A DNA stretch of 28,737 nt from an uncultured virus (IMG/VR IMGVR_UViG_2643221865_000003). Its lineage: Duplodnaviria; Heunggongvirae; Uroviricota; Caudoviricetes. Under the pieces are notes generated by a model, which saw only the letters and a program-made list of their open reading frames with translations, did not search any database and was not told where the DNA came from. Below, piece by piece: positions 1 to 8,700 of the stretch. Positions within the stretch are counted from its first letter, which is position 1. Each line of letters starts with the position of its first letter. The stretch is from the IMG/VR virus record IMGVR_UViG_2643221865_000003; one strand, given 5' to 3'. The translations under genes were made by a program, and so were the position numbers.

Positions 1-67
1 CTCCGACGCTCGAACACGGTGAAAGCCGCTGCTTCGGCGCCGGGGACTTGCCACATGTCTTGATCCC

Positions 68-1777
68 GTGCCCACGCAAATCGAGAAAGCGACGTTGAAG
101 CTTCCGCCGGACTTCAACCCGGACACTCACGCGCGCCTTCTCGACAAGTACGTCCTCCAGAAACTCGGCGAGGGCTGGGAGGTCGACTACATGACGATCG
201 GCGATGGAACCGTCACCGCATCACGGCAGATGGTCGTCCACTCCGTCGGCGAGGAGTCGAAGAACTCCAACGTGAAGCAGGTCAGCCTGAAGCGCGGCAC
301 GAAGCCGGCCGAAGGCGACAAGATCGCCACCAAGCTCGAATCTGACGCCCCCGGCTTCTTCATGACGAAGTTCGAGCCTTACCTCGGGTGGGCTGAGCTC
401 TCCCGCATGCGACCCGAGACTGTGCGGGCCCGCGGTGCCATCGCCCAGGTGCTCGGCGTCAAGCCCTGGGATGTCGGGATCAGCGACCGCGCTGACGGCG
501 GGTTCGACATCGCCCTGCCATCCAACAAGTACTCCTCCGCGAAGCACGATGAGAAGCTGCAGGCGACGGTGGAGACGGACATCGGCCGCGAGGGCTGGTA
601 CATCAAGACGGACTCGAACCGGCTGACCGCTGAGATCATCCCGAGCGAGCCGCCGACCTTCAGCCCGATGATCGGATACCCGATCCAGAACCTCGGCCGC
701 CTCAGCCGTGAGTTCACCCCGTTCGGGATGAAGCTTCCGAAGCCGGGCGAGGAGACCGGCGAGCTCGCCGGCATCGACTGGGTCAGCCAAGCGTTCGGAA
801 TCGTCGCCGGAACCCCCGGCGCCGGCAAGTCGGTGACCCTGAACGCCCTGATCGCAGGAGCCCTTGCAACCGGCGCGATCCTCAGCATCGTCGACTTGCC
901 CGAGAAGGCCATCGACTTCTACCACTACCGCGACATGTGCGGCCCGCACCTGTGGGGATGCGACAGCCTGTCATCGGCCGTCACGACCCTCTCTCTGATC
1001 TACGAAGAGGGGAAGCGCCGGTCAGAGATCCTCGCCGAGAACGGTGTCGTGAACTGGCTGGAACTCCCGAAGTCCCAGCAGTTCCAGCCGATCCTCTGCG
1101 TCGTCGACGAAGTCTCCGGCCTCCTGGTGACCGACAAGATCCCTGCCGGCGTCCCACGCGATCACCCGCTCGCCGTCGAGGTGGCAGAGGAGAACCTGCT
1201 GAAGGTCGCACTCGCATCGTTGATCACGAAGATCATCTCGCAGCAACGCTTCGTCGGAATGCGAATGATCCTCAGCACTCAGGTCCAGAACAACAACACC
1301 GGCATCGGCCCGAGCCTCAAGGCGAAGATCGGCCACAAGATCCTGCAGGGCGTCAACCCGTCGAAGACGCAGCGCGCCCAGGCCTACAACGACGAGACTG
1401 CGGTCCCCCTCATCCCCGCCAACATCCGCGCTGACGCGAAAGTTGCGAAGGGTGTTGGAGCTGCCGAGCTCGAAGGATCCGAACCCTTCATCTACAAGTC
1501 GTTCTACGCTCCTGCGTCCGCCTACCGCGAAGCCCTTCTCGGCATGGGCGTCCCCACCATCAGCAACTTCGCGCCCACCCCGGAGCAAATCGACAAGTTC
1601 GCGCCCCGCCTCGAAGCGCCGGAGGAGCGCACCGCTCGACCCAAGTCCCGGTTCGATGAAGGCGGCTTCGGCCACACCACCGACCGCGAGGAGCCTCGCC
1701 TCCGGGGAGCGGCTGCCGCAGCGCATCAGCTGAAGATGGAAGAACAAGCACACCGGATGGGCGCCGTCACATTCTGA
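68..1777 (+). CDS. FtsK/SpoIIIE-family P-loop ATPase (putative conjugative DNA translocase/coupling protein)
   Basis: Walker A GTPGAGKS (nt 809-832), Walker B ILCVVDE, downstream MILSTQ motif typical of FtsK/HerA ATPases; one ATPase domain; no obvious TM segment. Confidence 0.8.
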   Translation: MPTQIEKATLKLPPDFNPDTHARLLDKYVLQKLGEGWEVDYMTIGDGTVTASRQMVVHSVGEESKNSNVKQVSLKRGTKPAEGDKIATKLESDAPGFFMTKFEPYLGWAELSRMRPETVRARGAIAQVLGVKPWDVGISDRADGGFDIALPSNKYSSAKHDEKLQATVETDIGREGWYIKTDSNRLTAEIIPSEPPTFSPMIGYPIQNLGRLSREFTPFGMKLPKPGEETGELAGIDWVSQAFGIVAGTPGAGKSVTLNALIAGALATGAILSIVDLPEKAIDFYHYRDMCGPHLWGCDSLSSAVTTLSLIYEEGKRRSEILAENGVVNWLELPKSQQFQPILCVVDEVSGLLVTDKIPAGVPRDHPLAVEVAEENLLKVALASLITKIISQQRFVGMRMILSTQVQNNNTGIGPSLKAKIGHKILQGVNPSKTQRAQAYNDETAVPLIPANIRADAKVAKGVGAAELEGSEPFIYKSFYAPASAYREALLGMGVPTISNFAPTPEQIDKFAPRLEAPEERTARPKSRFDEGGFGHTTDREEPRLRGAAAAAHQLKMEEQAHRMGAVTF

Positions 1778-1873
1778 GCTCCGGGCCACCTCTGATCTTT
1801 CAGCTTCCTCCCAGTTTTCTCCACATGTCCTCAGGTTGTCGCGACGACGCGACCTGACCCTGGGGAGATCACC

Positions 1874-2698
1874 TTGTCCAACGTTTCGAGCGTTTCGAAC
1901 ACTGAGCTGCACGCGAAGGTGCAGTACTACGTTCCGCGCCTCATCATCGGTGCGGTTGTCGCCGTCGCCGGCGTGCTGATCTTCGCGATCATCACCGGCA
2001 GCTGGGACTTCCTGATGTGGAGGATGATCGGGACGGTCGCGGTGTTCGCCTCCTACGTCGCCGGCCTCTGGGCTGTGTCCCGGTTCACGCTGTCACGTCC
2101 GCTGTGGGCTTTCGCTACGCAGTTCGCGGCGATCAGCTTCGTGCTGTTCTTCGCCCTGTGGTCGTTGTGGATCAACCCGACTGGCTTGGCGGATGTCGGC
2201 TGGCTGTGGGCGATCCTGGTGGCGGTTGTCGCTGTTGCCCATGTGGAGCTGGTGGCGTTCAACGCCTCGCAGCAGTGGGGGAAGCTGGTCGGCTACGTCT
2301 CCGCCGCCACGTACGTCCTGATCGCGTTGCTCGCGGTCGGCCTGACCATCCCGTTCTACTCGTTCACCGCATCCCACTCGGAGGTGTTCTGGAAGTCGGT
2401 CGGAGTGATCGGCGTCCTGGACCTACTCGGCACCGTCATCATCCCGCTGGCGTGGTCGCTGCTGCACCGTGAGGAGATTGTCCGGTCCCGCACGCTGGCA
2501 TGGCCGGTGTTCGAGGACGGCACGAAGCTGCCGAAGCTGTCGAACGGGAAGCCCGACTGGGCGGCAGCCGTTGCACCATCTAGGACCGAGTCGGGTCCCG
2601 TCGGTGAGCTCCGTCGCATGGCGTGGCCGAGCTACCTCGACGGGCGCGAGCTCGCCGCTTTGTCGGACGGCACCCCGGACTGGCCGGGCACCCGCTGA
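1874..2698 (+). CDS. Multi-pass membrane protein with duplicated C-terminal WP-x3-DG...PDW motif
   Basis: About 6 hydrophobic helices; GGGGAG RBS before TTG; tail WPVFEDGTKLPKLSNGKPDW / WPSYLDGRELAALSDGTPDW. Confidence 0.75.
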   Translation: MSNVSSVSNTELHAKVQYYVPRLIIGAVVAVAGVLIFAIITGSWDFLMWRMIGTVAVFASYVAGLWAVSRFTLSRPLWAFATQFAAISFVLFFALWSLWINPTGLADVGWLWAILVAVVAVAHVELVAFNASQQWGKLVGYVSAATYVLIALLAVGLTIPFYSFTASHSEVFWKSVGVIGVLDLLGTVIIPLAWSLLHREEIVRSRTLAWPVFEDGTKLPKLSNGKPDWAAAVAPSRTESGPVGELRRMAWPSYLDGRELAALSDGTPDWPGTR

Positions 2699-2713
2699 CC
2701 TGATCAGATAGCG

Positions 2714-2745
2714 AGGGGCGCACCGCATGGTGCGCCCCTTTCTTC
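2714..2745 (+). terminator. Intrinsic terminator-like hairpin
   Basis: AGGGGCGCACC-GCAT-GGTGCGCCCCT perfect 11-bp stem followed by TTCTTC. Confidence 0.8.
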
Positions 2746-2754
2746 TGTCTCCGG

Positions 2755-2766
2755 GCCGCACACTTA
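2755..2766 (+). promoter_or_regulatory. Class A motif GCCGCACACTTA, 7 nt before ATG 2774
   Basis: One of 10 copies of GCC(A/G)CACAC(C/T)TA; no RBS before the ATG. Confidence 0.75.
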
Positions 2767-2773
2767 TGCCGTC

Positions 2774-3472
2774 ATGACTCAGACCTCCGACTACGACGCC
2801 CAGAACAACGTCGTCAGGAACCCCAACGGTGACGGCACCTTCCACGAGCACACCCGCGACCTCGGCGGGGTGACGTTGGAGCTGAAGAAGTACCGGACCG
2901 GCTCGATCACCGCACAGGACTTCTCGGAGCTGGCCGCAGCCGCCCGCGACCGTCTCGGCATCGCCGTGTCGGTGTTCGGACGTGAGGATGTGATCGGCGT
3001 CGCCGGCGACTACACGTCCACCCCTAGTGAGGCGGAGAAGGTGTGGGAGCAGTTCCGTGACGGGTCCGCCACCCGCACCATGGTCGACATGATGACGGAG
3101 GCAGGGAACGAAGCTGTCGCTGACGGCATCCGTGAGCTGCGTGAGTCGCTCACCACAGGCACTCTGACGGATGAGGATGACCGCTGGGTTCCTGGGACGT
3201 TGGATTTCACGACCGAGTCGATGACCGCTGCGGACTTCGCTGAGGCTGCCCGACAGGACCGTCTGCTGAATGGTGAGGTGGTGGTGTTCTTCCAGAGAGC
3301 CGACTTCGACTCTCACCTCGCGGACGCCGGCCTGTCCAACGTGGACGCCGATGACGCGTGGGCGAAGTTCCGGTCGAACGGCGGCAACGGGGCGGTCGAG
3401 GATGCCATGGTGTACGCCGGGTCCGACTCCCTCCCCGTCCTCATCTCCGACATCGCTGGGAGCCTCCGATGA
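2774..3472 (+). CDS. Hypothetical acidic protein with N-terminal RNPNGDGTF tag and internal domain duplication
   Basis: GC3-biased codons; repeat TGSITAQDF..VSVFGREDV..VWEQFR vs TESMTAADF..VVFFQRADF..AWAKFR. Confidence 0.75.
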   Translation: MTQTSDYDAQNNVVRNPNGDGTFHEHTRDLGGVTLELKKYRTGSITAQDFSELAAAARDRLGIAVSVFGREDVIGVAGDYTSTPSEAEKVWEQFRDGSATRTMVDMMTEAGNEAVADGIRELRESLTTGTLTDEDDRWVPGTLDFTTESMTAADFAEAARQDRLLNGEVVVFFQRADFDSHLADAGLSNVDADDAWAKFRSNGGNGAVEDAMVYAGSDSLPVLISDIAGSLR

Positions 3473-4155
3473 CATACGAGTACGACGCCCGGAACGGTGT
3501 GATCCGCAACCCGAACGGTGACGGCACCTTCCACGGTCGCGAGACCACGCCGGCCGCCGACGGCACCGTGAAGAAGGTCCACGGCGAGTGGATGATCCGG
3601 GAAGCACCCCGTTTCGACGCCCGCCCCGCCGGCACCCACCTCCAGGACAACCTGGACGACTACGGTCACCCGTTGGACGGCAGCCCCGACGGCGGTCTCG
3701 ACTTCTTCGTCGAGACCATCCGCGACGGGCACCTGTCCCGCGGCGTCCCCGGCGCCGGCCCGGTCGACTCGATCCGCGCATGGCGATGGTGGTCCGGCCT
3801 GAACGGACGCCTGAACGACGACGCCCGCTATCAGTCGTTCTCCGACGGAGTCGGCGGAGCGGCCGTGTGCCTGTCCCTGTCGAAGCTTCGGGAGCAGTGG
3901 ACCATTTCCGATGAGGACGCCCGCGCATACGCGACCGGGCTGAAGGCAGCGCCGGTGCATCTGATGACGTCAGCGGAGCAGATCCTCCAGACGAAGCGTG
4001 TCACGAAAGAGGACCGGGAGCGCTGGATCGCTTCGGTGCACCAGTCGGTTGACCCCGAGAACTGGCGCGGCCAGTGGGTTGCCGCGGCGGCCCTGTCGAA
4101 GACCGATGAATGGTGGGGGTTCCGGGACAACCTGGAACGCACCGTCCTCGGCTGA
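3469..4155 (+). CDS. Hypothetical protein with N-terminal RNPNGDGTF tag (228 aa)
   Basis: ATGA overlap with upstream stop places the start at 3469; N-terminus YDARNGVIRNPNGDGTFH matches the upstream gene. Confidence 0.75.
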   Translation: MTYEYDARNGVIRNPNGDGTFHGRETTPAADGTVKKVHGEWMIREAPRFDARPAGTHLQDNLDDYGHPLDGSPDGGLDFFVETIRDGHLSRGVPGAGPVDSIRAWRWWSGLNGRLNDDARYQSFSDGVGGAAVCLSLSKLREQWTISDEDARAYATGLKAAPVHLMTSAEQILQTKRVTKEDRERWIASVHQSVDPENWRGQWVAAAALSKTDEWWGFRDNLERTVLG

Positions 4156-4167
4156 GCCGCACACTTA
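4156..4167 (+). promoter_or_regulatory. Class A motif GCCGCACACTTA, 7 nt before ATG 4175
   Basis: Identical 12-mer to 2755-2766; fills the short intergenic gap. Confidence 0.75.
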
Positions 4168-4174
4168 CGACGTC

Positions 4175-4732
4175 ATGACCAAGAGACACGACGACGGCCG
4201 CCTCCGCGACGCGAACGGCCAGTACGCCATCGACCCTGCAGCGAACCAGGTCCCCACCGGCCTGCTCACCCAGACTGAGCTCCCCCACCGTCAGCACATC
4301 CAGTCGGTGTGCAAGGAAGCCGGCCTGGAGATGATGGTCGGTGTGTTCGAGGTGATCGACGACCGTGAAGAGGTCGCCACCGTCGCTTTCCAGCGGGTCA
4401 CCACGGACGACATCGACGGGTTCTACGACGAGTTCATCGGCCCGGCTGTCGACAAGATCGAAGCTGAGCTGGTGCGAGACAACCCGAACGAGGACGACTT
4501 CCCCACCGCGGACCTCGACGCTGTCCGCACCCACCTGCACCAGGTGTCGGACGAAGCCGGCCTCGACGTCATGAAGGGGTTCTTCGACGTCCTCGTCGAC
4601 CGTGAGACCATCGCCGATGACGTCCTCACCGGCGTCACCGTCGAGCATGTGGAAGCGTTCTACAGCTGGCGGGTCGCTCCGGCGATCGGTCAGGTCCAGA
4701 ACTCCCTCTCCGCCACCTCCGACCGGTTCTGA
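4175..4732 (+). CDS. Hypothetical acidic protein with RDANGQY tag and two tandem ~60-aa repeats (185 aa)
   Basis: Start reassigned to the ATG after the motif; repeats HIQSVCKEAGLEMM..DREEVA..FY..IGPA and HLHQVSDEAGLDVM..DRETIA..FY..VAPA. Confidence 0.75.
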   Translation: MTKRHDDGRLRDANGQYAIDPAANQVPTGLLTQTELPHRQHIQSVCKEAGLEMMVGVFEVIDDREEVATVAFQRVTTDDIDGFYDEFIGPAVDKIEAELVRDNPNEDDFPTADLDAVRTHLHQVSDEAGLDVMKGFFDVLVDRETIADDVLTGVTVEHVEAFYSWRVAPAIGQVQNSLSATSDRF

Positions 4733-4758
4733 CGAACGAGGGTGAGCACCCTCTGACA

Positions 4759-4770
4759 GCCGCACACCTA
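4759..4770 (+). promoter_or_regulatory. Class A motif GCCGCACACCTA, preceded by small hairpin 4738-4753
   Basis: 12-mer match; here followed by a leader with AGGAG RBS and ATG 4804. Confidence 0.7.
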
Positions 4771-4803
4771 AGTTCGACACCCACGAACTGAGGAGAACAG
4801 CAC

Positions 4804-5559
4804 ATGCCCCGTCAGGGAGACAACAACGTCCAGGCTGCGAAGCCCGGCTTCAACGGGACGGACGGTTCATTCGCGTCCCCGATCCCCTCCGCTGACGAGC
4901 TCGGCGGCCTCCACCGGACACCGAAGCAGCACATCACCGTCAGCATGCTCGTCGAAGCTCCGGCCGTCGACCAGATCGAACTGCCGGAATGGCCGGAGCA
5001 GCTGCCGTTCCCGACGATCGACGTCGACAACGGCAGTGAGCACGAGGGCCTGCAAACGTACATCTCTGTTGGTGGGGCGTCCGCTCACTTCTACGGCAAC
5101 GCGGCCTACAGCGTCGAGGACTCCATCGAGAACTCGTCCGACGGTCAGGGCGACGGTGACTGGGACGGCGTCGCCAACCCCGCCACCCTGCAGCAGATCC
5201 GCCGGTTCGGTCGTGCCGTGCACCGCCGGAACCTCGCCATCGTGGCAAGCGCCACCGAGGAGCTCCTGAACGACGAGAGCGCGAAGGCGCAGTTGATCGC
5301 CGCAGCGTCCGGCCGCCCCGTCGAGCTCTCAGCCACCACCATCGACAGGTCCACCGAACGAGCAGCCCGCATCCTCGAGGTGGTTTCCGGCAGCGGAGTG
5401 TCCCGTCAGGGCGACGCGACCGAGGACGACACCTCCGCGCTTCAGGATGCTCTCTCCGACCTGATGCACTACGCCCACGCCCGCGGCATCGACTGGGGAA
5501 CCGTGTCCGACAGCGCCAAGTACATGTTCGAGGACGAGATCCACGACCCGACCATCTGA
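4804..5559 (+). CDS. Hypothetical acidic protein with GTDGSF tag; C-terminal helical DALSDLMHYA..GIDW motif
   Basis: AGGAG RBS; C-terminus loosely resembles small all-alpha (MazG-like) domains of mobile elements (weak, by eye). Confidence 0.7.
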   Translation: MPRQGDNNVQAAKPGFNGTDGSFASPIPSADELGGLHRTPKQHITVSMLVEAPAVDQIELPEWPEQLPFPTIDVDNGSEHEGLQTYISVGGASAHFYGNAAYSVEDSIENSSDGQGDGDWDGVANPATLQQIRRFGRAVHRRNLAIVASATEELLNDESAKAQLIAAASGRPVELSATTIDRSTERAARILEVVSGSGVSRQGDATEDDTSALQDALSDLMHYAHARGIDWGTVSDSAKYMFEDEIHDPTI

Positions 5560-5576
5560 GCCACCCGCGTCCTGCC

Positions 5577-5612
5577 AAACGCCGCACCTGTCCTGAAAGG
5601 GGTGCGGCGTTT
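5577..5612 (+). terminator. Terminator-like hairpin
   Basis: AAACGCCGCACC / GGTGCGGCGTTT 12-bp inverted repeat after stop 5559. Confidence 0.65.
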
Positions 5613-5656
5613 CGCTGCCGGCGGGCGACCGATCCAGCCCCAAGTGGCCATTCGCC

Positions 5657-5668
5657 GCCACATACCTA
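5657..5668 (+). promoter_or_regulatory. Class A motif variant GCCACATACCTA
   Basis: One mismatch to consensus; 34 nt upstream of GTG 5703. Confidence 0.55.
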
Positions 5669-5702
5669 CAACTCGGACGCAATTCAGCGGGACGACAAAG
5701 GG

Positions 5703-8700
5703 GTGGGCAACGTGGGTGGATCGAGTAGCAAGGCAAGTTTCGGCAGATGGGGTGCGGGGCTCGCCGCCCTCATCGTCGGGGCGCTCGTCGCAGGGCTCGT
5801 TGTCGTGTCACCAGGCAGCGCCGCAATCGCTGCCGAATCCTGTGTCCCCTTGGCGATGATCGCCTTCCGCGGCACCGGCGAAGGCCAGGTTCAGTTCGAC
5901 ACCGAGTGGGATGGCCAGGCCTACAGCTACGTCCCGTTCAAGCACATCAAGAACGCAAGAAATGACCTCAACGGACAACGTCGCGCCACTGGCTGGGAAG
6001 GCATAAGGCTTCACGAACTGCTCCGCGGATTCGAAGCTATTGAGCCCGTCCTGGCGGAATCCATTCCACTCATCGAGATGGGCAATGTCAATGACCCGAG
6101 GACCCTGACGGAAAACGGGTATCCCGCCGACGTTAGCTACGACTTCTGGTCCGCAGGCGAAGGAGTCAAAGAGGGCCGAGCCAGAATTGAAGCCTTCCAA
6201 GCTCAACAACCCGCGCCGTGCGCTCCAACCAAGTTCATCGCCATCGGATACTCCCAGGGAGCGATGGCAGCGCGCGCCCTCATCCAGCAGAAGCCGACAT
6301 GGTTCGCTGGGAGCGTTCTCGTTGCAGACCCATACCAGAAACCGAACGCCGAAGGTGTGTCGGGCGAAGGAGCTTGGGGCAACGGAATCGCTCGGACAGG
6401 ATTGATGATCGCGCTTACTCGCCTAGCCTCCGCCAAGCCAAGCGCCACGGCCCTCTCTCGCTTGGACAGTTACTACGACACCTCAGCAACGAAAACCTCG
6501 TACTGCCACAAGATCGACCTGGTCTGCACCAGTGTGCCTTGGGGTGGCGCAGACCACCTGACCTACTTTCACGATCGGGATGAGCGGACCGCTCAGGCCG
6601 CTGAGCTCGCCACGCTAGTCAAGAGGTTTACATCCACGCCACCAGTACCCGAAGCAGTCTTCCCGAACCGGAAGCTCGACGTGATGGTCTTCTTTGACAC
6701 GACGAAGCCCTCGGACCTACCCAAGATCGCGGCCATGCTCGAAGCAAACCGCAAGAAGTTCACCACAGGACGCGACATTCGGGTCGGCGTCGTGGAGATG
6801 GGTACGGGATGGCCGTGGCTGGCGCCCACGACCGACTTCGACGCGGTCCTCAACTTCATCAAGACCTACAAAGCGCCGACATCAACACAAGGAGACTGGC
6901 TCGACATGATCGAACACCAGGTGTTCGGTAAATGGGCCTATGACACCCAGCTCTTCAGGGCAGACGCTGACAGGGCGATCCTCGCGATTGGCGACCGCGG
7001 CGACCAGGCGGTCAGGTCGGAAAACTCTCTTTACTCCTGGACGCTCGAAACCTTCGTCGCAGACATTGTGGGCAGGTCGAAGGGGACCGGCAGATCGGTT
7101 GGCGGAAGTGGTGGGCGTCGCATTGCTGCACCAGTAACCAGGTTCTATGGCGAACCGGACGTTGGCAAGAAGACTGGAGGATCCTCAGCCACGCTTGAGC
7201 CCGGAGACACAGCGGGGCTGACCTCGATCATTGACCGCGTAGTATCGCCGCCAGTGGCCGCCATCACAGTCCCTGCGCTCGCACTTTTCGGCGGCAAGGG
7301 CGGCGGAACCGGGAGCGCTGCGGGCGCCCCATCCGTTGCCGCTGCGGTGCCGGTTTCCTCTGAAGGTTCTACTGGATCCAGCACCCTGACCACGGAGTAC
7401 TCAGTTGACGGCGCACCGTTCTCAAAGCCAGTACTCAGCGCCGTTGCGACTTTGAACATCATCCAACCGGGAGAGCACGAAGTAACGACCCGTGTGACAG
7501 ATGCGAGCGGCGACAGCTCCACCACAACTGAGACCGTCCTTGTTCTGGATCAAGAATCCCTGCGTGAGGCAGAGGAGTCGGTCGCCCGGTCTCTCGCTGC
7601 GTCAGTTTCTTGGAGTGGGACCGGCGCGACGGTTCAGGGAGGAACTATCAGCGCCATCCCCGGAACAAACAGATTGATCTCGGCACGCATCATCAAGGGG
7701 GCCGAGAGTGCCGACCTCAGTAGCGCCGCGGCAAGCGTGATCGACTTGGGGTACTCCAAGCCGGCCGGGACGGACGGAGTGGCGTCGATAGCGTTCAGCC
7801 TCCCAACAGGAATCCCTCGTGGGGAGTACACCATCCAAGTTGCTGACATGAATGGCAGGTTCGCACTCCTACCATTCTCCGCCCCGGTCCAGCTGTTCAC
7901 GGGCTCAGCCCTGCCTGCGGTCTCAGGTAGTCACGTGGTCGGGGCGACACTGACAGCGGCGCCCGGCCTCGGCTGGGCACCCACTGCGACGTCGTTCACC
8001 TATCAGTGGCTGCGCGACGGCGTTGCAATTGCGGGCGCAACGAAGAGTTCCTACCTCCAGACAGCTGCCGATGCGGGGAAGGCTTTGTCGGTATCGGTGA
8101 CGGCGATCAAGGCCGGCTATGTCAGTCGGTCCTTCAACTCGATACCCACGGTCACGGCAAATGGCACCTTCACCGGATCAGCGACTCCAACCGTCACGGG
8201 CACTCACTCAGTCGGGAAGCTCCTAACTGCCGCGCCAGCGGTCGGCTGGGCACCCACTCCGACGTCGTACACGTATCAATGGCTCCGCGCCGGGTCCGCA
8301 ATCACTGGGGCGACAGCCCAGACCTACACGCAGTCGATCGCCGATCTTGGCTCAGCGATCTCCGTTCGCATGACAGCACTGAAGGCCGGGTACACGAGCA
8401 AGTCGTCGATCTCCACTGCTGTCATCACTGCAAAGGGGATCTTCGCTGGCTCGGCGTTGCCCACTGTCACCGGGACGCACACTGTCGGAAATACCCTGAC
8501 CGCTGCGCTCGGGGCTGGCTGGTCGCCTACCGCGACGTCGTACACGTATCAGTGGCTCCGTGCTGGGGTCGCGATCTCTGGCGCCACGAGCAACACCTAC
8601 AAGCAAGCCGTGGCCGACGCGGGAAAGACGATTGCGGTCACAATTACGGCCGTCAAGTCTGGGTACGCGAGCAGGGCACTAACCTCCGCAGCAGCGACGA

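Noticed and set aside
933..942. Class B motif on the minus strand inside the FtsK gene (also 10299-10307)
   Set aside because: Intragenic and antisense with no credible downstream gene; treated as chance, though antisense promoters cannot be excluded.
68..1777. EccC (type VII secretion ATPase) call
   Set aside because: Only one ATPase domain, no TM region and no adjacent ecc or mycosin genes.
221..3928. Long antisense ORFs (e.g. 221-949, 1022-1912, 2423-3928; similarly 9703-10866, 19556-20563, 22241-23485, 24792-26201)
   Set aside because: Shadow ORFs expected in high-GC DNA; they lie opposite better-supported genes and lack recognisable motifs.
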